A DNA stretch of 64,000 nt from the human T2T-CHM13v2.0 reference genome, Homo sapiens: the NCBI RefSeq assembly GCF_009914755.1, contig NC_060934.1; one strand, 5' to 3'. The translations under genes were made by a program, and so were the position numbers. Each line of letters opens with the position of its first letter. The stretch's first letter is position 1. Shown here one piece after another: positions 31,972 through 44,788 of this stretch. The notes under the pieces were generated by a model. That model saw nothing but the letters and a program-made list of their open reading frames with translations. It searched no databases and was not told the DNA's origin.

Positions 31972-34900
31972 TATGCACGCGGCATCAACTGCTGCGCAGC
32001 TCTCCCCGGGGACTACCAGATTCTCCATGGAACCAACTAAAACTCCCCAAAGCTGTGTGACAGGGACAGGGAGAGGTACCTGTGATGTTTGCAACATCCA
32101 TCTGTTTTCTGCTCTGTCTCAGATGAGTCTAGGTGTGCCTCTCTCCCCTACTTTGTAGTGGTAGGGGGAACTTTCAGTGGCTCTCCTAGCAGTGTCTGCG
32201 CCTAGAGGTCCCAGGGCCTTAGCCGACCCTCAAATCTCTAGGTGTGAGATTGAGACAGACTGGGGACTCAGGTGTGGTCATAAAGCTGACAGTCCTGCTT
32301 CTACCACTTATCAGCTAGGTGATTCCCTCTGAGCCCCCTTTCCACATTTATGTTACTAAGTCAGAGCTTTGTGAAGGTCAGTTTGCATGACATTATTCCA
32401 GAAGTAACACTCTGTGCTGTCAAGTGGCTTTGACATCTGCACAGATCCCATAGTTCCCTGGGTAGACATGAGCAGCTCTCCGGCCTGAGTGGACCTAGCT
32501 TTCAGGGGCAGAGTTGGGACTTAGCCCGTGCAGTCCGATTCCTGGTATTATACTTGCTCTTAACATCTAGGATCTGCTCCCTCCCTTGATGTCTTATTTG
32601 GCCACATCTGGGGTTTTCTTCTTTGGCAAAACTTTCTTCTCCCATGTGGAGTCATTACAGTGTGGTTGATGCACAGGGCTGAAAGGGCCGTGGGATGTCA
32701 CCTGTTGAACAACCTTTCTTTCTCTGCCACCTTCAGTTTATGAAATGGAACAACTGAGGGCAGAGAGATGACAGGACTCCTTGTCACCACCATCTGCTTA
32801 GACAGTCTCAGATGCTATAATTAAAGGGTGTTCCACTGTGTCTTATCCTCACACATGGGCTCCTATCACAAATCTTAGTCCTAATTCTTTGCAGGGGACG
32901 CCACTGGCAGGCAGAGGTCCCATGGCTGAGGCTGTAGATGCAAATAAGAGTAGAAACCTCCTAGAAGTTTGCAGATTCCTTAAAATAGATTGTTCTGGAA
33001 CAAATAGGCCAAGTATAGAATGACAGGCCAAGAAATAAATTTCCTTTCTGTTCTCTTTTCCCCAAGGCTCCCTAACCTCTTTCTTCAAGAAAGGCAACAC
33101 CAGTGCAAAACTGACCTTGAAGTAAAAGTTCTACCAAAGATGTTGGCGCCTAACCCATTGCCATTGCCTGCACTCCAAGTCCTGCCATATACTGATGGAG
33201 TGACCCATCTTCCCACTAGCCTCTTGGTCCTGACCTCCTCACCCTCAGGGCCATTTGTTTCTCCGTTTCTTCCATCTCAATCACCTGGTCCCATGGATAC
33301 ACACCTCTGTCTGACCACAGCCTTGTGTCACCGTATCTCCCTTCTTCACATGCTGAGGGCCCTCCAGCCGCAGCCTCATCTTCTTTCCCCCTATCTACTA
33401 GCCCCTCCAGCTGTCACTTCTCTCCCCTAGTAGCCAAGCCTCAGGATACAACACCTCAACTGCTTTATTTCCAACCTTCTGGAATCCTTTGCACCATTGT
33501 TTTTCTATCATGCTCTCCCGGCAAACCCCAGATTTTGATCAATCCTGCTGTCTGTGCTCTCTGCACTTGCACATACTCCAGCTGCTGAGTACTGATGAAA
33601 AAGGTCATGTAATCTGAGATGTGTGTCACTCTCACTCTGGGTCTCCATTTGCAGCTGGGCTTGCAACCCTTCCCCAAACATTCCTGCTTGCCCCTGCTCA
33701 GAGGTGTCTCTCGTTCTCTCCTAGGTTTCTCTGAAATCCTTGGATCCCACCCAACACCCACTTAACCTTCAGCAGGTGCCCATTCTACTTCCAGAGAAAG
33801 TGGACCCCTTCCCTTAGGAAGCCCCACCGAACCCACAAACATCTGCATCCTCACCCAGCTTGTCTTCCTGCCTCCTGTCTCTATGAAGGTCCTGCTGTCC
33901 TCCAGTTTGGGGCTCTCCTCTTGTTCTGAACACCAATCCTTCCCACCTTCTCCAGCAAGCGTTTTCTCTCTTCCTTCAGACTCTCTTATCTCCCCTCTTC
34001 TCTTGCCTTCTCCCTTCATCATTTAAACATATTTGAGTCTCTCCTTTGTTTTTCTTGTTATTTTCTTTTAATAGAAACAGGGTTTCACTATGTTGCCCAG
34101 GCTCACCTGGAACTCCTGGGCTGAAGCGATTCTCCCACCTGGGCCTCCCAAAGTGCTGGTATTACAAGCATGAGCCATCGTGCCTGGCCCAAGTCTCTCC
34201 TTTCTTAAACAAACACCCTCCTGCAACTGCTTATCCTCATCATCTTCCAGTTAACAACCTCTCTCTCATTTTCCAATTGCTGTTCAGCCCACTGTTAACT
34301 GTCTTTGACCCAATTCTCCACTGAAACAGTTCTCTGAAGCTATTAACCCCATGGTTGCTCTTCAGCCTTGTTTCACTGGCCCTCTGCAGCCCTGGAAACT
34401 GGACCACTCCCCTCTTCTTGAAACACTTGTTGCCCCTGGACTTCCATCCATTCCACCCTCTTGGCTTTTCTCCTACCTCACTGGACAGTCTTCCTCAGTC
34501 TCTTTGGTCCCTCTGCTCTCTCGTTTTCCAAAGATTCTGTCCTTGGTCCTTTTCTCATCTCCCAGTCCCAAAATAATCTCCTCTACTCTGATGATTTCAA
34601 TTATCACACACTGCTTCCTCAATATCGATTCTCCCTTCTTTCTTTAAAACAGGAGTTAATTTTTTAAACATTTCCCAACCTCCTTTGGAGTTAGGGTTTG
34701 TCATGTGACTGCACTCGGCGAGTGAGGCATAAGCAGTAGTCTGGGGATTTCTGGGTAAGTTTTAGGTGTTGCCCCTTCATTCTTTTTGCTCTTTCTTCTG
34801 TCTGGAATGTGGGTGGGAAGCTGGAGCTGGGGCAGCCATTGTATGACCACAAGCCAACTCTGTCCCCTAAGGAGAGCCAGACACACCAACAGAGAGGAGC

Positions 34901-35819
34901 TGGGACCTGATGACGTTGTGGGGCTGCTGATCAGCCTTGCTCTGCTTACCTTTAGACTTCTTGTTGTGTCAGAATTTTTTCCTACAACTACAGCGAGAAA
35001 GCTGAATGTAGTTAAGGCAATGTAGTTGTGTTGCTATTTTCTCTCCCCTCCCTCCCTCCATCCTTTCCTTCCTTCCCTCCTCCCTCCCTCTTTTCCCTCC
35101 TTTCCCTCTTTCTCTTTCTCCTCTCTCTCTGTTTTCTTTTTTTTTTTTTTTTCCTAAAGAGATGGGGTCTTACTATGTTGCACAGATTAGTCTCAAACTC
35201 CTGGGCTCGAGTGATCCTCCTGCCTCAGCCTTTCAAAGTGTTGGGATTACAGATGTGAGCCACCGCACCTGGCCTTGGGTTATTGTTAGAAAAGCTAAAC
35301 ACAATTTCAAATGGATACAACTTCCAAACTGATAACTTCTGTTTAGCTGTCTCTCTTAACTCCATACAGCAAATTGCACCTCTCCACCCTACCCAGGAAC
35401 ACTTCAAATGGAAGAGGTCTAAGGCATCACCTCTCACCAAACATATTATACATCCACACAGGGTCTCTTGTGTTCCTTCTCAGTGAATAGCGCCACTGCC
35501 CACGCAGCCAGAATATGATGTCTCTTTATTCCTCATTCTCCCATGCAATTAGTCACTTGTCAGTTCCAGCTCCTAAATATATCTTGATTCTGTCCACCTC
35601 TTTCTATTTCCTCATCATTTCTTTTCTAACCATTTTTTATTCCAATCTTGCTCCCTCCCACCTTCCCTTCCCACTCCAGCCTTAGGGATCTTTCTAAAGT
35701 ACAGATATAACAATGTCACCATTCTGCCTAAAACCTGCCCAGGGCCTAAAGAATACTTGGTATAGAAGACTGCTAAAAATGATGATGTTGGCCCTGCACA
35801 CACCACTACCCCTTCTTCT

Positions 35820-36600
35820 GCATAGGCCTTGCCCTACTGATCATAGGCATGGGCATGTGACCCAGACCTAGTCCAATTACGATATCTCATCTCCCTCATC
35901 ACGCTGGTTGTGTCAGAGTTTGTTTGGCTCTCTCAAGCCACTCCATGTTGCTGTAAGAATGGGTCCAGGAGTGAATATGTGACCAGAGCTGACCCAATTA
36001 GGATCCTTTTCTTTTCTTTTTTCTTTTTTTTTTTGAGATGGAGTCTTCCTCTGTCGCCCAGGCTGGAGTGCAATGGCACAATCTCAGCTCACTGCAACCT
36101 CCATCTCCCCTGTTCAAGCACGATTCTCTCACCTCTGCCTCCTGAGTAGCTGGAACTACAGGCATGCGCCACCACACCCAGCTAATTTTCCTACTTTTAG
36201 TACAGACGAGGTTTCACCACGTTGGCCAGGCTGGTCCGAAACTCCTGACCTCAAGTGATCCGCCCGCCTTGGCCTCCCAAAGTGCTGGGATTACAGGCAT
36301 GAGCCACTATGCCCGGTCGATCCTTTCTTGAGATTTGTTCATACCGACTTAAGAGTGTAGACTTACTCAGTCACATACCTGACATGGCAAACTCTGAGAA
36401 CTAGGAGAAACAGAGGGTAGGGCCCCCGTTCTGGGACGTTGTCAGGATCAGCCCCGTTTTGTGTCACTCTGGTTTCAAGTTCTTCTTTCAATTCTGTGAG
36501 CAATCTGAGGCTCCTTCCAGTATCTCCCCTTTGATGACCTAAGCTAGTCTGAGTGGGGTTCTCATTTCCAGCCAAAATGTCCCGACTAATCCTTGGTAGT
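35820..36600 (+). mobile_element. MLT1 (MaLR) LTR fragment split by Alu
   Basis: Repeated gcatgtgacc...ccaat motif and a 3' end ctagtctgagtggggttctcattt typical of MLT1. Confidence 0.6.
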
Positions 36601-38619
36601 CTGGTCCTAATAAGACATCTTTCCTGGGTAACAGAGTTCTTTACAGCTTACCCAGTATTTTTCGAAGTTTTACAAACTTTATCTCTTTGGATTTTTATTA
36701 CAAGCTTGTGAGGTGGGTTTTAGTATTACCTTGACTTTACAGATAAGAACAGCAGGGCTCAGGAATGTAAAGTGGTTTGCTCAAGATCATGTTGAGAACT
36801 AGGAGAGCTTGGACACCAACTCCCTCTTCTGTTCAATCTCACCCTGACCTGCCCATTGCCCTGTAAACACACACAGAGGCTGCAGAGTGGAGCCCAGGGT
36901 GGGAGTGCAGCACTGGGGACCGACACAGAGGGCTATAGAAGTCAGGGGAAGACAAAGGGCAAGCTCTTCCACTTACAATTTTATCTGTGGCAGCTTCAGG
37001 TCCAGGAAAAAGATAAGAAACTCTCAGCTTTTTTCTTTTCCTCCTTCCTATACTGTTTTTTGTTCCCACAGTCCATACATTAGGCTTGCAGTCTGCACTA
37101 CAATTCAGTTATATGCTTGGCAATTATGGTTCTAGGTGCTAGCCAGGAAGGTAAACCACTGGTTACAATACAACCCTTTTATGAGTTGGGGCTGTCTATA
37201 TTGAATTTTTTATTTTTTAATAAAGGAGAATAAAATAGACCTGTTTTGCATTTCGTGTCTCTGAGGCTCTCTCAAGCCACTCCATGTTGCTGTAAGAATG
37301 GATCAGATAGGCCAGGCACAGTGGCTCACGCCTGTAATCCCAGCACTTTGGGAAGCCAAGGTGGGCAGGTCATGAGGTCAGGAGTTCAAGACCAGCCTGG
37401 CCAACATAGCGAAACCCCACCTCTAATAAAAATACAAAAAATTAGCTGGGTGTGGTGGCACGTGCCTATAGTCCCATGAATCCAGGAGGCAGAGGTTGCA
37501 GTGAGCCCACGCCATTGTACTCCAGCCTGGGTGACACAGTGAGACTCCGTCTCAAAGGAAAAAAAAAAGAATGGGTCAGATAAAGCTCTGTGGGTCTCTG
37601 CTACAGCTGGGAATGGCAGGTGAGTGTCAGATGTGACTGTCTGGGGCATGGCAGGGAAGGCCATGCTGGCTTTGTGGGTATTCCCACCACACTTTTCATA
37701 GCAGCAGTGTGGCCAACTATTCCAGAAAGGACACATCTCCCAGACGCTGCTCAGGCCAGCAAGATCTCCAAAACCGCTCAGTCCATGGTTTGCAAAACTG
37801 GCTTCCCCATCTCCTTCCTCCTTGTTCTAGCTCATGACCTCCTGCACATGCAGGATTGAGCAGAAATCACCAGGTGTGAGTAATCATCTTCCCAATCCCA
37901 GCCTTTACCGGAAACCTCTCCTCGGCCTCCACACTCCTCTCCTTAATGATGGTGGAGGCGTCCCTTTGTAGGAGGTGACCCTCGTTAGTGCCTATACCCT
38001 ATCTCCTTTCACCTGCTCTTCCTATCATGGCCCCTGCCTTCTTCTTAGATCATTCCTATCAGTGTGCAAGCCTGCTTCAGTGACTCCCATATTTTAACAA
38101 ACCCCTCTTTATTCCAACAAATGTTAGAATTAGATGTGGCTACATGTGCCATAAAACAGAGGATTAAACAAGACAGAAATGTCCTTCTCCCATAAAGAAA
38201 GTCAAGAGGTAGTAGTCCAAATGTGTGGTGGCTCCCTACACATTAGCATCCACATTTATTCTCACTTCCACTAACATCCTCAACACTTTGGCTTCCACTT
38301 AAGATCCAATATGGATGCTTGAGCTCCAGCTATCTATTAATATATCCTAGTGGGCAGGAAAGAGTAAAGCACATGACTTCCCTTTAAAGCCAGTTTTGAA
38401 TTTGCACATGGACTCCTACACTTACTTCCTATTGGGAGGAATGAAGTGTAGCTGCAAGAGAGGCTGAGAAACTTGCCTTTATTCTGGGAAGCCATGTGGC
38501 CAGACAGAATTAGAAATTCTATGAAGGGAAGAGAGAATTACTACTAGGGGCATCTAGCAATCTCTACCAAAGCATCCTATGCTTCCGTATCCTTTCTAGA
38601 TCCCTCCCAGTTCTCCATT

Positions 38620-39912
38620 CCCTGTTAGACAAGTTGTGCAAATATGGTAGCTCTACCACAGCATGGCTTCCACCACTACTCCAGGAACACTGCCCTCATC
38701 ATGTTCACCAATTGCCTTCATGTTGCCAGAGCCAACAGGTCCCAGTCCTCATCTTACCTGATCTCTAAGCAGTGTCTAACACAGCTGACAACTGCTTTCT
38801 GGAAACATTTTCTCAGTCTCTGGGATACTCCTGATTCTCCTTCTGCCTCCCCAGTCTCTTTTTCAGTCTTCTTGCCTGCTTTGGTTCCCCTGGGTCCCTC
38901 CTGAACTCTCTCCTCTTCTGCATCTACTCCCTCACCCTGTGTGTCCTTCTCAGATCCCGTGGCCTTGAGCATCTTTATGCTGATGTATCCCAAAGCCCCT
39001 CTCCCGCCCTGGCCTCTCTTCTGAGTTCCTAGTGATGAGATAACCCCGCTGGTTCTCTAACAGGCATCTGAAGCTCCATGTGGCTTGAACAGAATTCCTG
39101 ATGTAACTCCCTGAGATGTGGTTCATGCTTTTTGATCCAATAAATGAAGCACTATCCACCCACTTACCCCAGCCAGAAACTTGAGTTATCTTTGGTTTCT
39201 CCATTTCCTGCCCCCATGTCCTTCCTATCAATGTGTCCTCTTAAGTCCAAAATAGCATCTCTCAACTACTCATCTTAGCATGACCACCACTTTGGTTCAA
39301 ACCACCATCATCTTTGGCCTGGATTGTGGCAAGCCTAATTGGCTCCCTGCTTTTATTTTTGCCTGACACCCACACACAGCCTTAAATCAGAACATGTTAG
39401 TCTTCTGCATAAAACCCTTCCAAGGCTCAACAAAGTCTCCATTCTTTGACACAGCCCACAGGCCCTGCATGCTTTGGCCCCCACCCACCTTCTCACTCCA
39501 TCCTGGGCCTCTTCCCCTAGGCTTAAAACTTCAGCCACACTGATTTTCTTTCAGTTCCCTGACCCATCCAGAACTTACCCTGAAAAGGCACCTACTGCTC
39601 TCAGCGAGGAATGTCTCTGCCCAACTTTTCCCAAGGCTAACTCCTTACTCTTTTGACTTCAATTTCAGCATCGCCTCCTCACTTTCCCTGACTGCTTCAT
39701 CTAAGGTAGCTTTTATTCTCTATTCTAGCCCCTTGTTTTTGTCCCAGCCTTTACTTCAACTTGTGATTATGTATTTGTCTTCTCCACTAAAAATTAACTT
39801 TATTGGGCAAAAGGCCTCAGCTGTCTTGTTCACTGAAGTATCCCACCATGCACACAGGGCCTGGCATATTATCAGGCACTCAGACAAACACTCACTATCT
39901 GCTGAATGAATG
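38620..39912 (+). mobile_element. old L2 LINE fragment
   Basis: Pyrimidine-rich L2-like body ending gcctggcat...tgctgaatgaatg. Confidence 0.7.
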
Positions 39913-39953
39913 GACAGGTTCCCAGGGAGTTTCCAGAGCTGCCTGGGCTGTCA

Positions 39954-40337
<384 letters not shown>

Positions 40338-40508
40338 TTAACCTGTTGGTTGCTTGTACTGGCATGTGGCAACCAGTCTTAGCCCAGTTTTAATAGATCC
40401 CTGTTTGGTGTTACTCAACAGAGAAGACCACTCGGCCCTCAGCCACCGAATAAGTTTAAGAAACAGAGGTGTGGCATGCTTCATTCTACAGGTAGGGAGG
40501 CTGAGGCT

Positions 40509-40724
40509 GGGGAGCCGCCCCTGGCTATCCCTGGAAACCCCTCTACCCCACAGGAATCGTCCCAGCCATCTCTTTAGCGTAAAGGTGAGGAACAAATCTC
40601 AGCCACGATCCAAAGAGGGGCGCCACCCCTGGCTGTCCCTGGAAACCCCCCTACACCACAAGAATCGTCCCAGCCACCTCTTTAGCGTAAAGGTTAGGAA
40701 GAAATCTCAGCCACGATCCAAAGA
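40509..40724. repeat. 108-bp tandem duplication
   Basis: 40509-40616 and 40617-40724 align without gaps, with a few substitutions. Confidence 0.92.
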
Positions 40725-40829
40725 AAGCTTGGTATTTTTAGCACCAAGGCCAGAAGGAGCGTGTCCTTACTCCTTGGTTTACAAAGAAATAAAAACCTTT
40801 TCCCCATCCTTCTTTTGATTGAAGACTAC

Positions 40830-42500
40830 CCCCGCCCCCAGGCTCCAAAGCCGGGCAGGAACGCCTCTTATCTCCACCACAGCCATTTTCCTAATCCTTC
40901 GCCCGCTCTCCACGGTCATCCCGTGTATCCCTCGAGACGCCGCCTCCCACAGCTCGTGCTTCTCCCAGGTTCGGCTCCGACAAGGCCAGAGCGGCGTCTG
41001 CGCAGCGCAACGGCTCAGAGCGCTCCCGGCGGCTACAAGTGCCCGGCCCCGGGCCAGGCCCGGCCTGCGCCGCGCACCCACTGGGAGGGCGCGGACCGGG
41101 GCCGCCCCAAGCCTCCGGCACCGCCCAGAGCGGGACAAAGGGGCGGGCCGGCGACCCGGCCTCGCGGTCCCCGGTGCCGCGCGGGCCGGGAGGCGGGGTG
41201 CGGTGGGGGAGGGGCGAGGCGGCTGGGGGAGGGGCGGGGCCAGGGCGGGCCCAGGCGCCCGGGGCCGCACCGGGCGGCGCAGGGAAGCGGCGCCCCTTCC
41301 TCGGCAGACGGCAGGCGCCGCGCCTCCGGCCCCGCCCCTCCGCGCCCCTCCGCGCCCCGCCCCCGCCGCTCGGACGGCCCGAGTCGCGCCCTCCCGCCCC
41401 GCGCCGCGGAACTTGCTCTAACTTCCTCGGCCGAGCCGGGCCGCGCCGCCGCTGCCGCCGCCGCGCGCGGGTGAGTAGAGCGCGGAGACCTGGCTGGGGC
41501 GTCGGGCCCTGCCCCTTTCTTTGTCTGAGGCCGACTTCCCCGAGCGTTCTCCGGGGGCGAGGGCTGCTCCTTAGGTCCCTGTTTGGCCCCTCAGCCTCCC
41601 TCCCCGCCTGCCCAGGAGCGGCCCCGGCGCGGCGCTGGCTTTGTCTGCCAGGATTGCTCGCTAGAGGTTGGAGGCCTCCGCCGGGACCCCGCTGAGCCGA
41701 ACTCCGGCGCCGCGCGGACGAGAGCCGCGGCGGGCCCGGGGCCGGCACTCCTGGTTCGGTAGCCCTCGCCCCATCAGCGCGCCCCGGCGAGTGCGCGCCC
41801 GTGCCGGGCGGGGTGAGGGCGACGGGAGCCTGGACGGCCGCTGCTGCTCGGGGCTCTGCTTCTCGTCCCCAGCAGCGAGCTCGGGGATGGGCCACCCTTT
41901 CGGCTCAGTCACCCACCCTCGGCTCCCAGGAGATCGGGTCCGGGGTGGGGGTGGGCGTAGGCCGGGGCGGGCCGCCCCTTCCTCCTGCCCCGCCGTGGTT
42001 GTGCTCAGTCTCCCACGCCGCCGTGGGTCCCACTCTGCCCGGCTTGGGTTTGGGACGGCCGGAGTTTGAGTAGGCGGTGACCCAGCTTCTCCGCGTTAGT
42101 CGTGTGGGGTTGTGTTTGGGAGCAAAGCCTGACCCCTGACCTAGCCGGAGTTCTGGTAGAGTGAGGTTTGTGGCTGCGGACTGTGCTTGTCCCGGGCCGC
42201 TGCTGCTTCTCCTCCACCCCCAGGGGTGGGGTGCGGGTGGGTAGGAAGTGCCTGTGTGAGGGTGTGTGGAGGGACTTTGGCCCTGGGACCGCAGGAGCAC
42301 TTGTCTTGGGGACTTAAAGTTGATCTCCGGCGAGAAACAGTCCGTGCTAGGGGGAGTCGGGGGAAGTCGTGGGCCCGGGTACTGGCCTGGGGCTGGGCGC
42401 AGAGCGGTGGTGAGTGCGGCGGTGTCACACACTCGTTGGCTGTGCTGGCGCTGCTATCCGGGAGGTCAGGCGGTGCTGGGCGGCTGTGCAGAGCATTGTA
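40830..42500. promoter_or_regulatory. CpG island / promoter of TSPAN14
   Basis: Very high GC and CpG density, many GGGGCGGGG GC boxes and G-runs. Confidence 0.93.
41409..41470 (+). other. TSPAN14: TSPAN14 non-coding exon 1 (start approximate); the rest of the window is intron 1
   Basis: GCC-rich leader ending CGG|gtgagt (donor 41471). Known synteny PRXL2A then TSPAN14. No tetraspanin coding exon is visible in the window, so the name rests on recall. Confidence 0.75.
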
Positions 42501-43853
42501 TTGGAGCCTCTGCAGGTGTGCTCTTGGCAGTGGTCTGCTCTCCAGGGGATCTTCCTCCCTTCCGAGAGGGAGTTGCTCTTGGGCTAGTGAGAGAGTGGCC
42601 TGCCAAATCCTCAAAAGTAGCCTTCCCCTTGCCCCTTGACCTTGAAGTCCAGAAGCAGTTAGTGCCTGCTGAGTGCTCCGGCCACCCTTCTCTATTTGTG
42701 AAGGGAAACCTGGGGACAGGCCATCGGAGCACCCCTATGTCCTTGCCACATTTCAGCTAGCCGAGTGGTTGGTGGGGGCGGCCGTCTTTCCAGGGATCTT
42801 CCTGGGCCCTGGCACCCCCAGAATGAAGCCCAGACTCCACCATAATGGCCCTGTATGCCCTTCTATCCCCTTAGCTGCTGGTGTGATCATAGCCTCAAAT
42901 TGCTGGGCTCAAGTGATCCTCCCACCTCAGCCTCCCAAAGCACAGGGATTACAGGTGTGAGCCACCACGCGCAGTCTGATCCCACTCCGATCCCTAACGT
43001 TATAGTGACAGGCCCTGGAAACCCAGGGCCACCAGATGTATTTTCCCTTTCCTTCTCATTGTGTTGCACCCCAACTTCAGTTGGAGACTCTGGATATATC
43101 CATCCCCACATCTCTGAACTCCACTGCTTGGGCCACCTAATGTCATCCTCAGTTTAGTTAACAAAGCATGGTTGAGATTTCTGTGGGGTGCGAGGCATTG
43201 TTGCAGGCACTATTCCAAGTCTGGAAAGTCCCTCACCAGCTATGAACTTGGTGTGGTCTTAGAACCCAGGCTGGACATGGCATAGGTGCTCAGTAGTGTT
43301 TATTGATCTGAGCTTGATCTCAGCGTAGCAGGATCATTTAGGGAGACGGGGTTGTGGGGGGGGTCTGAGCCCATGGGTGCTTCTGAAGGTTTGTGGCTGC
43401 CCCAGGAAGAAAGGGCATGGAGCTGCAGAATGGTTGGCTGCCCAGGGAATTGTCCCCTTCACCAGCTGGGCAGCTGTGCTAGTCTCTGAGGACTGGTGAA
43501 GGTCCTTCTCATGTAGGAAGTGGCAGTATGAAGTGGGAGAGGAGATGGCTCTGCCCTGAAGGTTGTGGCGGCAGTGAAGTGAAGTTCCCATGGAGGCCGG
43601 GGAGCAGGAAAGCCCTGGGTTCTGGAACTATTTCCTGAGGCCTCACTCTATGCCACCATGTGCTCAGGAATTTGACCCATTTAACTTCAACTGAGGTAGA
43701 ATTCCTTTTAGCAGTGCCTGCAAAGTGGCATTGTGCCAGGCCTGGGAAACCTTTGCTGGCTTAAAATTTAGTGAAGGACAAGATTATTTCATAGTGATAC
43801 TAATGTGAGTTTATTGAGACTTACACCCTAGAAGTTTGACTTGTAATAACTCA

Positions 43854-44788
<935 letters not shown>

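Noticed and set aside
40354-40818. 154-aa ORF with an internal 36-aa repeat
   Set aside because: Produced by the 108-bp (in-frame length) tandem duplication. Non-ATG start and no splice or domain support.
40761-42760. Long overlapping ORFs (up to 334 aa) on both strands
   Set aside because: Expected in a CpG island with few stop codons. Low-complexity Pro/Arg/Gly/Ala translations with no recognisable domain.
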